A stretch of 64,000 nucleotides of DNA from Squalus acanthias. Its lineage: Eukaryota. The stretch's first letter is position 1. Each line of letters opens with the position of its first letter. Of the stretch, positions 26,659 through 37,734 are shown in pieces. The notes under the pieces were generated by a model that was not told the DNA's origin, did not search any database, and worked only from the letters and a program-made list of their open reading frames with translations. The translations under genes and the position numbers were made by a program. The stretch covers positions 76,510,001 through 76,574,000 of the forward strand of contig CM059432.1 of NCBI GenBank assembly GCA_030390025.1, given 5' to 3'.

Positions 26659-27908
26659 ATGGATGCTGTTTATACTGTCTCACCTTGGTCCTCAGAATCT
26701 GACCACGATGAGTCCCAAGACCAGCAGCATCAGGCACACCAGCAGCACCAACAACACCAACTAACCTTCTCCTCAACGCCCTGATGCTCCACAGGACAGA
26801 GGCCATCAGCACAGGGCTGCACCGCGCCGAAGGCAATACCCCCAACACAGGGTATACAGGCAGAAGATGAGCTTCCTCAACATGACTGAGCAGCAGTGCC
26901 AAAGGAGGCTCAGCCTATCGTGCCAGGTCATCACAAACATTTGCACATTGCTGGAGGAAGACCTGCAGCCCAGAGCAGTGGGTGGACACACCTTACCAGT
27001 GGCTGTCAAAGTCTCCAGCACCCTCAACTTCTTCGCCTCAGGCTCCTTCCAGGGATCTGCAGCAGACATTTGCAGCATCTCACAGTCAGCTGCCCACAGA
27101 TGCATCACACAGGTCACCAATGCCCTGTTTGACAAGTCAGCCAATTATATCAACTTTGCCACTGATGAAGCCAGTGTTACTGAGTGGGCGATCGGCTTTG
27201 CCACTCTGGCTGGCTTCCCATGGGTGCAGGGTGTCATCGACTGCACACATGTGGCCATCAGGGCACCCCATCACCACCCAGGAGTATTTGTGAACCGCAA
27301 AGGCTTCCACTCCCTGAATGTGCAGCTGGTCTGCAACCATAGGAAGATCATTATGCATGTGTGCGCCAAATTCCCTGGCAGCTGTCATGACTCTTTTGTG
27401 CTGCACCAGTCCACCCTCCCTCAACTCTTCGCAACTCCAAACAGACTTTCTGGCTGGCTGCTTGGAGGCAAGGGCTATCCATTGAAGACGTGGCTCATGA
27501 CACCCTTGAGGAGGCCAAGTGCTGAGGCCGAGGAGAGATATAATGAAAGTTACATCTCCACCAGATGTGTCATAGAGCAGAAATAGGCATGCTCAAAATG
27601 CAATTCAGATGCTTGACAGATCTGGAGGAGCCCTTCAGTATGCACCAGCCAGGATCTCCAGAATTGTTGTGGTCTGCTGCGCCCTGCACAACATAGTGCA
27701 GCAGTGAGGATTAGCGCTGCATGAGGGGCAAGGCACTGAACGCACCGCCTCTTCAGAGGAGGAGGAGCAGGAGGAGGAGGAGGACGAGCAGTTGGAAGAC
27801 GAGGAGGAGCAGGAGCTGTAGGAACCTGCAGAGCAGATCCCACCAGCACTCAAGCACATTGCTGCCTGGGAAGCCAGGGATGGCTTCATCATGGCCAGAT
27901 TTACTTAA
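26659..27908 (+). pseudogene. Harbinger DDE transposase (HARBI1-like family)
   Basis: ORF 26867-27586: [30 protein letters not shown] (second catalytic D changed to G), VIEQ; frameshift near 27580; acidic C-terminus. Confidence 0.92.
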
Positions 27909-28611
27909 CTTTACGCAGTACACCCATATGGCTGTCACATGCTTTGCCAGGTTGGCAACACCCCACAGCCACACCATAAAGCATCCTTACAATGACCAAT
28001 CCATTCCTTTCACAGTCACCACCATCACTCCAACTAACGAAGCCACTTCAAATGGTGCACACAAATTTGTCCAAGACTGGAAAGTTTTGAAAAGAAAGAA
28101 ATTTATGGTTCACATTAAATTAACTGAAACTTCACATTAACATTGAATAAAACACCCAAGTGGCTACCCTTGTGAATCTACTTGTGTGGCATCTTTCTCT
28201 TCCACGTGCTTCTACGTGGTGCTACCCCTGTGGCTTCAGCAGAGCTAGAGGCAGCCTCCTCACTTCCCTGCTGCGACTGCTTAGCCAGTTTTGGGGGTCA
28301 TCCTCTGGGTTTTGGAGCCTGTGATGGCCCCGCCAAAGTCTGCTCTTCCTGCGACTGTGCAGGGGCAGACTCGGCCATCGCTGTCCGGGGAGGCATCTGG
28401 GGCTCTGACTGAAGGTGTGGCAATGGGGTGAAATGTGAGCGCTTTGAGAGGAGCCCAGACTTCCATGTCCCCTCTCACCATCATCCCTCTCATGGGCCAC
28501 CCGCACGTTCCTGCTAGCAAGGAGCTGGAGAGCACCTTGCTGCACATCAGTGGGGCCATGAGGACCCACATCTACACTGATATCCCTCCTAGAAAGGACA
28601 TCTATGAGCCT

Positions 28612-28990
28612 CTGCCATCTAGTGTCCATAGAGAGCCATCTAGTGTCCATAGAGAGCCATCTATCCTCCGTAGATACCCATCTATCCTCCATAGAAAGCA
28701 ATCTATCCTCCGTAGATACCCATCTAGTGTCCATAGATAGCCATCTATCCTCCGTAGATACCTATCTATCCTCCATAGAAAGCCATCTATCCTCCGTAGA
28801 TACCCATCTAGTGTCCATAGATAGCCATCTATCCTCCGTAGATACCCATCTAGTGTCCATAGATAGCCATCTATCCTCCGTAGATACCCATCTATTCTCC
28901 ATAGATAGCCATCTATCCTCCATAGAAAGCCATCTATTCTCCATAGATAGCCATCTATCCTCCATAGAAAGCCATCTATTCTCCATAGAG
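28612..28990. repeat. 21-bp coding minisatellite, about 18 units
   Basis: Unit like CCATCTATCCTCCATAGA(T/A/G)AG; minus strand reads S(M/T)(E/D)(D/N/T)RW(L/V). Confidence 0.95.
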
Positions 28991-29146
28991 ACCGTGTGCT
29001 CCTGTGAGTGGCACATTAGCTGCTCCATGCAGGTGGCCATCCTATCCATGGAAGAGCCTACAGTCGCCATCGCCTGCGACACAGTGATGCTCATGTTGGA
29101 GATGGACTACTCCATTCTCTGAATACTGGCAGTCATCGCGCTCGCA

Positions 29147-31181
29147 TAGAAACATAGAAACATAGAAGATAGGAGCAGGAGTAGGCCATTCGGCCCCTCT
29201 AGCCTGCTCCGCCATTTAATGAGATCATGGCTGATCATCCAAATTCAGTACCCTGTCCCTGCTTTATCTCCATATCCCTTGATCCCTTTAGCCTTAAGAA
29301 ATATATCTAACTCCTTCTTGAATATATTTAATGAATTGGCCTCAACTGCCTTCTGTGGTAGAGAATTCCACAGGTTCACCACTCTCTGGGTGAAGAAATC
29401 CCTCCTCATCTCAGTCCTAAATGGCTTACCCCTTATCCTTAGACTGTGACACCTGGTTCTGGACTCCCCCGCCATCGGGAACATCCTTCCTGCATCTAGT
29501 CTGTCTAGTCCTGTTAGAATTTTATAGGTTTCAATGAGATCCCCTCTCATTCTTCTAAACTCTAGCGAATACAAGCCCAATCATCCCAATCTCTCTTCAT
29601 ACGTCATTCCTGCCAACCCAGGTATCAGTCTGGTGAATCTTCACTGCACTCCCTCCATGGCAAGAATATCCTTCCTCAGATAAGGTGACCAAAACTGCAC
29701 ACAATACTTAAGGTGTGGTCTCACCAAGGTCCTGTACAACTGCAGCAAGACATCCTTGCTCCTGTACTCGAATCCTCTCGCTATGAAAGCCAACATACCA
29801 TTTGCCTTCTTAACCGCCTGCTGCACCTGCATGCTTACCTTCAACGACTGGTGCACAAGGACTCCCAGGTCTCGCTGCACTTCCCCTTTTCCCAATCTAT
29901 TGCCATTCAGATAATAATCTGCCTTCCTGTTTTTGCCACCAAAGTGGATAACCTCGCATTTATCCACATTATACTGCATCTGCCATGCATCTGCCCAATC
30001 ACCCAACTTGTCCAAATCATACTGGAGTTTCTCTGCATCCTCCTCACAACACACATGCCTACCCAGCTTTGTGTTGTCTGCAAACTTGGAGATATTACAT
30101 CTAGTTCCCTCGTCTAGATCATTAATATATATTGTGAATAACTGGGGTCTTGGCACCGATCCCTGCGGTACCCCACTAGTCACTGCCTGCCACTCGGAAA
30201 AAGACCCGTTTATTCCAACTCTTTGCTTCCTGTCTGCCAACCAGTTCTCTATCCAAGTCAGTACCTTACCCCCAATCCCATGTGCTTTAACTTTGCATGC
30301 TAATCTCTTATGCGGGACCTTATCGAAAGCCTTCTGAAAGTCCAAATACACCACATCCACTGGTTCTCCCTTATCTATTCTACCAGTTACATCCTCAAAA
30401 AATTCCAGTAGATTAGTCAAGCACGATTTACCTTTTGTAAATGCATGTTGACTTTGTCCGATCCAGTCACTGTTTTCCAAGTGCTCTGCTATTGCATCTT
30501 TTATAATGGACTCTAGCATTTTCCCCACTACCGATGTCAGACTTACAGGGGTATAATTCCCCGTTTTCTCTCTCCCACCTTTTTTAAATAGTGGGGTTAC
30601 ATTAGCTACCCTCCAATCCATGGGAACTGTTCCAGAGTCTGTAGAATTTTGGAAGATGACCAGCAATGCATCTACTATTTCTCGGGCCATTTCCTTAAGT
30701 ACCCTAGGATGTAGATTATCAGGCCCTGGGGATTTATCGGCCTTCAATCCCGTCAATTTCCCTAACACCATTTCCCTACAAATACTGATTTCATTCAGTT
30801 CTTCCCTCTCATTAGACCCTATGTTCCCCGACATCTCTGGGAGGTTATTTGTGTCCTCCTTTGTGAAGACAGAACCAAAGTATGTATTTAATTGGTCTGC
30901 CATTTCTTTGTTCCCCATTATAAATTTCCCTGATTCTGACTGCAAGGGACCTACGCTTGACTACACCAATCTTTTTCTCTTCACATATCTATAGAAGCTT
31001 TTACAGTCAGTTTTTTATGTTCCCTGAAAGCTTACTCTCATACTCTATTTTCCCCCTCTTAATTAATCCCTTTATTCTCCTTTGCTGAATCCTAAACTGC
31101 TCCCAATCCTCAGGTTTGCTGCTTTTTCTGGCCAATTTATATGTCCTCTCCTTGGATCTTATGCTATCCCGAATTTCCCTT
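29147..31181 (-). mobile_element. CR1 LINE, 5'-truncated
   Basis: RT ORF 29641-30945 (YLDFQKAFDKV, GVPQGSV, KFADN), C-terminus 29245-29580, (TTTCTATG)n tail, GCA duplicated at both junctions. Confidence 0.95.
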
Positions 31182-32315
31182 GCAAAACCTGTCAGAGCCT
31201 CCTGCACTTCTTGCTACACCTCCAGGATCGCCCTCTTCTTGGATGGCCCCCGAGGCTCAGCGTCTGCATGCAGCTGAGCAGAGCTGGGAGTGTCCTGTGC
31301 CCTTCGACGAGCAGTCTCCACTGCTGTCTCTGTCACCACCATCTGCTCTTGCTCGGTTGTGATTTGTGAGACACCAGGTGACAACACTATTCTATCTCGC
31401 GAGGGACCCACCGAGGTGTGCGTTTCTGCTCTGGTGCTGGGTGCGCTTCTGTCTGGTGACGGTGCGCCCTCAGAGGTTGGAGGCTCCTCTGAGGAGTCGT
31501 CTTCCTCTTGTTCCTGGACAGTGGTGGAGGCCCTTGATGATTGTTAGTTGGTATAATTGCACTGGGATGAGGGTGAGTGTGAGGGGTGACTAGTAAGATG
31601 GGGATGTGATAATGTAGATAGAGAGAGAGGGATGGGTGGAGGTGCAAGTATGTTGGTGTGAGTAAGGATGTGCAGGAGAAGGGTTGGGAAAGCAGAGTGA
31701 TGGGGATGTGATGAGAGGCACAGCAGGATGAAGGTGAGTGTGGCTTTGGACTCATCTTTCCTGATCTAACAAGATCGTTGAAGTGTTTGCGGCACTGCGC
31801 CCAGGTCCTCCTGACGATATCCCTGCTATTCACATCCTCTGCTATTTGGAGCCAGGCTCCTTTGCTCTGCTGGCGAGGTCTCTTCCACGCTGCGTGCTCT
31901 GACTCCCTCCACAAGCATATGGAGCGAGTCATCGGAGAACCTAGCTGCCTCTGTACAGTCATCTCTGGTGGTGTGTGCAGCAGTGGAATTATGAAGTGCA
32001 CTGACTGCACACTCCCAGGTGAACCTTCAAATGCAATGTGGCCATGGCTCCTTTACGTATCCCAGCTGAAAACGCGTCATCAATGATGTCACCAGACCCG
32101 CACCTTTTAATTGGGCTGTGTAACGCGCAGGGCAGGCTTAATAGGCGGCATTAATGTAAAGTCGTTCTGTGGAGCAGGATGGAGCCAGCAATGGGCTCGC
32201 GACTCGCCATGCCGACCGCGCACACCAGACCCGCCCAGGTAAAGAAAATTCCAGCCATACAGTCAGCACAATTAGCCATCAATGGCAACTGGGCATCAGG
32301 AAAGTTTAAACATTG

Positions 32316-32587
32316 CCCTCAGTGTAATGCTTCCTGCCCTCAGTGTAATGCTCTCTGCCCTCAGTGTAATGCTCTCTGCCCTCAGTTTAATGCTCTCCGT
32401 ACTCTGCCCTCAGTGTAATGCTCACTGCCCTCAGTTTAATGCTGTCCGTACTCTGTCCTCAATGTGATGCTGTCTGTCCTGATTGTAATGCTCTCTGTAC
32501 TCTGCCCTCACTGTAATGCCCTCCGTACTCTGACCTCAGTGTAATGCTCTCTGTATTCTGCTCTCAGTGTAATGCCCTTTGCCCTCA
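32316..32587 (+). repeat. Minisatellite, left (diverged) part
   Basis: Units CCCTCAGTGTAATGCTCTCTG(TACTCTG), 21/28 bp. Confidence 0.9.
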
Positions 32588-32594
32588 GGAACAG

Positions 32595-32671
32595 TAGCAT
32601 AGTGGTAATGTCAATGAGCTAGTAATTCAGTAGGCCTGGACTAATGATCCAGAAACATGAGTTCAAAATCC
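32595..32671 (+). promoter_or_regulatory. Type-2 internal RNA polymerase III promoter (A and B box)
   Basis: A box TAGCATAGTGG (32595-32605) fits TRGCNNAGTGG; B box GTTCAAAATCC (32661-32671) has one extra A relative to GTTCRANNC. Confidence 0.8.
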
Positions 32672-34365
32672 CACCACGGCAGCTGGGGAATTTAAATTCA
32701 GTTAATTAAATAAATCTGGAATAAAAAGCTAGTATCAGTAATGGTAACCATGAAACTATCGGATTGTTGTAAAAACCAATCAGGTTCACTAATGTCCTGT
32801 AGGGAAGGAAATCTGCCGTCCTTACCTGGTCTGGCCTATATGAGACTCCAGACCCACAGCAATGTGGTTGACTCTTAAATGCCCGCTGAAATGGCCTGGC
32901 AAGCCACTCAGTTGTAACAAACCGCTACGAAACACAATAAGAAGAATGAAACCAAACGGACCACCCAGCATCGGCGTCGGCACCGGCTACAGACACGGCA
33001 ACGGCACACCCAGCCCACTCGACCCTGCAGAGTCCTCCTCACCAACATCTGGGGACTTGTGCCAAAATTGGGAGAGCTGTCCCACAGACTAGACAAGCAA
33101 CAGCCTGACATAATCATACTCACAGAATCATACCTTTCAGCCAATGTCCCAGACTCCTCCATTACCATCCCTGGGTATATCCTGTCCCACCGGCTGGACA
33201 GACCCACCAGGGGTGGCGGCACAGTGGGATACAGTCGGGAAGGAGTGGCCCTGGAGTCCTCAGGTCAAGCATGGGCAAGAAAACCTGCTGATTGCCACCT
33301 ACCGCCCTCCCTCAGCTGATGAATCAGTACTCCTCCACTTGCAAGGGCACAGGATGTACTTTGGGTGGAGACTTCAATGTCCATCACCAAGAGTGGCTCG
33401 GTGGCATCACGACTGACCGAGCTGGCCGAGTCCTGAAGGACATAATTGCCAGTCTGGGCCTGAGACAGGCGGTGAGAGAACCAACACGAGGGAAAAACCT
33501 ACTTGACCTCGTCCTCACCAATCTGCCTGTCGCAGATGCATCTGTCCATGACAGTATTGGTAGCAGTGATCACCGCACAGTCATTGTGGAGACGAAGTCC
33601 TGTCTTCACACTGAGGACACCCTCCATCATGTTGTGTGGCACTACCACCGTGCCTAATGGGATAGATTCAGAACAGATCTAGCAGCTCAAAGCTGGGCAT
33701 CCATGAGGCGCTGAGGGCCATCAGCAGCAGCAGAATTGTATTCCACCACAATCTGTAACCTCATGGCCCAGCATATCCCTCACTCTACCATTACCCTCAA
33801 GCCAGGGGACCAACCCTGGTTCAATAAGGAGTGTAGAAGAGCATGCCAGGACCAGCACCAGGTGTACCTAAAAATGAAGCTGCAACACAGGATTACATGC
33901 ATGCTAAAAAGCGGAAGCAGCATGCTATAGACAGGGCTAAGCGATCCCACAATCAACGAATCAGATCAAAGCTCTGCAGTCCTGCCACATCCAGTCGTGA
34001 ATGGTGGTGGACCATTAAACAACTAATGGGAGGAGGAGGCTCCAAGAATATCCCCATCCTCAATGACGGTGGAGCCCAGCACGTGTGCAAAAGACAAGGC
34101 TGAAGCGTTTGCAACCATCTTCAGCCAGAAGTGCTGAGTGGATGATCCAGAGCGGCCTCCTCCTGAGCTCCCCACCATCACAGAAACCAATCTTCAGGCA
34201 ATTTGATTCACTCCACGTGATATCAAGAAACGGCTGAGCGCACTGGATACAGCAAAGGCTATGGGCCCCGACAACATCCCGGCTATCATGCTGAAGACTT
34301 GTGCTCCAGAACTAGCTGTGCCTCTAGCCAAGCTGTTCCAGTACAGCTACAACACTGGCATCTAT

Positions 34366-37300
34366 GTGTGTGTGTGCTAGGCCGATGTCTCCAATTTCTT
34401 GGATCCTCTTGCCATTGGACCAAGAAATTGCTCTGTCAAGCCCATGTGGTAGCTGATGTGCAACGGCCACCCCACGTTAAAATAATTCACGCAAAGGCAT
34501 CTTCCACCCTTTTAAATGAAGTTTGGGACCTGGAACGTCAGGACCCTCATGGACAACCCGAACAGTGACAGACCAGAATGCTGTACTGCTATCGTTGCCC
34601 AGGAGCTCAGATGTTTCGACATAGACATCGCCGCCCTAAGCGAGACCCGGTGGGCAGGGGAAGGCCAGCTCAAGGAGCAAGGCGGTGGTTACACCTTCTT
34701 CTACAAAGGCAAACCTGAAGAAGAACACCGCCTCCATGGGGTAGGCTTCGCCATAAAAAATGAGCTAGTTGAACGTCTCAGAGACTCCCCTTGTGGAATA
34801 AATGTATGCCTCATGACTCTACGGCTCACCCTAGCCCGGAACCAGTGCGCTACAGTCATCAGTGCGTACGCCCCAATACTGGAAGCCACAGACGAGACCA
34901 AAGAGGAATTCTACTCCAGCCTCGAACAATCCCTGTCCCGAGTCCCAACAGGTGACAAACTGATCCTCCTTGGCGACTTCAACGCCAGAGTTGGAAAGGA
35001 CACAGACCTCTGGGGAGGTGTGATTGGCAGAGAGTGGGTAGGGAAAGTCAACTCCAACGGCACCCTCCTCCTGACGAAATGCTTAGAACATGGCCTTGTC
35101 ATAACCAACACCTTGTTCCGTCAGAGAGACAAGTAGAAGGCTTCATGGCAACACCCTCGCTCCAAGCACTGGCATCTGCTGGACTACGTCATCGTCCGAG
35201 CGAGGGACCGCAAGGACGTCCGCATCACCCGCGCCATAACAGGAGCTGATGACTGCTGGACAGACCACCGCCTAATCCGCTCTGTCATCTCCATCAACGT
35301 AGCCCCAAAACAGCGGCGGCAACAGAAGCAATGCCACAGGAAAATCAACGCTGGAGCACTCAAAGACCCTGCTAAGAAAGCCCTATTCAGCCTGTGCCTC
35401 ACAAACAACCTGACGACTCCCAGTGATGCAGAGACAGAGAGTGTCCACAGCGCCTGGTCTGCACTCAAGGCCTCCATAATCAGCACCTGTGAAGAGACGC
35501 CCGGTCACTCGACCAGGAAACGCCAAGACTGGTTCTATGAGAACAACTGGGAGATCCAGGAGCTAATAAGCTGCAAGTGCAAGGTATTCCTGATTTGGAA
35601 ACAGTAACAGAACTCGAGAGCAAGAAAGCAGCTCTACAGGCGCTTAAAGGCCGAAGTTCAACAAAAAACTTGCGACCTACAGAACAGATGGTGGGTGGAG
35701 AAAGTGCAGGAGATCCAGCAGCTAGCCGACAACCATGACGTGCGTGGATTCTTTAGCGCAGTCAAGACCACCTATGGCCCAAGCACCCAAGGTCCTACCC
35801 CACTGTGGGCCAAGAACGGAGAGGTACTCATCAAGGACAGAGAGGCAGTCATGCCCGCTGGAAGGAGCACTTAGAAGATCTCCTTAACCGAGACTCTGTC
35901 TTCGACGCAAGTGTCCTCAACTCCATCCCGCAGCATGCTACCCACCACCACCTCAGCACAACCCCAGCCCGGCATGTGGTTGAAAGGCCATCCGACAACT
36001 GAAGAACAACAAGGCCCCAGGAGCAGATGGAATCCCCGCCGAGGCGCTAAAACATGGCGGAGAAGCACTATTGGCATGAATACAAGAACTAATTTCACTT
36101 ATTTGGAAGGAGGAGAGCATGCCAGGGGATCTCAGAGACACTAATCGTGACCATCTTCAAGAAAGGTGACAAGTCCGATAGCGGTAATTAGAGAGGAGTC
36201 TCCCTGCTGTCTGCCATAGGGAAAGTCATCGCAAGAATCCTCCTCAATCGCCTTGTCCCAGTGGCTGAAAAGCTCCTCCCAGAGTCGCAATGTGGATTCC
36301 ACCCACTAAGGGGCACAATGGACATGATCTTCACCGCGCATCAACTACAAGAGAAATGCAGGGTACAGCACCAACCGCTGTACATGGCCTTCTTTGACCT
36401 CACAAAGGCCTTCAACACCATCAACCGTGAGGGATTATGGAGTGTACTCCTCAAATTCGGCTGCCCGCAGAAGTTTGTCACCATCCTCCGCCTGCTTCAT
36501 GACGACATGCAAGCCATGATTCTGACCAACGGATCCACCACAGACCCAATTCACGTATGGACCGGGGTCAAGCAAGGCTGTGTCATCGCACCAACGCTCT
36601 TCTCGATCTTCCTGGCTGCAATGCTCCATCTCACCCTCAGTAAGCTCTCCGCTGGAGTGGAGCTAATCTACAGAACAAACAGGCAACTGTTCAACCTCCG
36701 TCGCCTCCAGTCCAGATCCAAGGTCGTCCCATCCTCTGTCATCGAATTACAATATGCAGATGATGCTTGCATCTGCGCACACTCTGAGGTCAAACTCCAA
36801 ACCATTGTCAACAGCTTCACCGAAGCGTACAAGTGCATGGGCCTTACACTAAACATCCGTAAGACAAAGGTCCTCTACCAACCTGCCCCCCGATTATCAA
36901 AATCTATGACGAGGCCTTGGACAACATGTACCACTTTCCATACCTTGGGAGCCTACTGTCAACAAGGGCAGACGTCGATGACGAAGTCCAACACCGCCTT
37001 CAGTGTACCAGTGCAGCCTTCGGTCGCCTGAAGAAGAGAGTGTTTGAAGACCAGGACCTCAAACCCAGCACCAAGCTCATAGTCTACAGAACAGTAGTGA
37101 TACCCGCCCTCCTGTATGCTTCAGAGACATGGACCATGTACAGCAGGCACCTCAAAGCACTGGAGCGGTACCACCAACGCTGCCTCCGCAAGATCCTGCA
37201 AATCCATTGGCAGGATAGGCGCACCAACGTCAGTGTTCTCGCTCAGGCCAACATCCCCAGCATCGAAGCTTTGACCACGCTCAATCAACTCCGATGGATG

Positions 37301-37734
37301 GGCCACATCATCCGCATGCCCGATATGAAACTCCCAAAACAAGCGCTCTACTTGGAGCTCCGACACGACAAGAGAGCCGCAGGTGGGCAGAAGAAACGCT
37401 TCAAGGACACCCTCAAAGCCTCCTTGAAAAAGTGCAACATCCCCACCGACACCTGAGAATCCCTGGCCCAAGACTGCACAAAGTGGAGGAGAAGCATCCG
37501 GGAAGGCGCCGAACACCTCGAGTCTCTTCACCGGGAGCAAGCGGAAGCCAAGCACAAACAGCGGAAGGAGTGCATGTCAACCCAAGCACCCCATCCACCC
37601 GCCCCTTCAACCACCGTCTGCCCCACCTATGACAGAGACTGTAGGTCCCGCATTGGACTCATCAGTCACCTGAGAACTCATTTTCAGTGTGGAAGCAAGT
37701 CATCCTCGGTTCCGAGGGACTGCCTAAGAAGAAG
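34366..37734 (+). mobile_element. Full-length RTE-clade LINE (decayed)
   Basis: MKFGTWNVRTL APE start at 34516, RT with GVKQGC and QYADD, C-terminal C..C..H..H-like motif, (AAG)n tail, ATCTAT target duplication (34360-65 / 37735-40). Confidence 0.95.

Larger units (their letters stand above)
28222..31962 (-). pseudogene. Harbinger Myb/SANT-like gene, disrupted
   Basis: AWLQIAEDV..TWAQCRKHFNDL at about 31760-31860; exon 3 homologous to 16391-17146; donor mutated, exon 2 deleted, CR1 inserted. Confidence 0.85.
26111..32256 (+). mobile_element. Complete two-gene PIF/Harbinger transposon (decayed), containing a CR1 insertion
   Basis: TIR GGC(C/T)GGAATT, ATA target duplication (26108-10 / 32257-59); convergent transposase (+) and Myb (-) genes. 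Confidence 0.92.

Noticed and set aside
26659..27908. Domesticated host HARBI1 gene
   Set aside because: Lies between TIRs with a TSD, is frameshifted, and several diverged copies occur in the window
28604..29122. 172-aa plus-strand ORF (SIESHL repeats)
   Set aside because: Antisense by-product of the stop-free 21-bp repeat
32588..32680. Functional tRNA gene
   Set aside because: Duplicated arm, no good acceptor stem, no terminator, continues into retroelement sequence
32783..32830. Hammerhead-like CTAATGT..GAAA..GTC in the family-B leader
   Set aside because: Core differs from CUGANGA at key positions and stems I and III do not pair
34380..34480. HDV-like ribozyme at the RTE 5' end
   Set aside because: GGCCG/CGGCC can pair, but no P1.1, L3 or J4/2 motif could be placed
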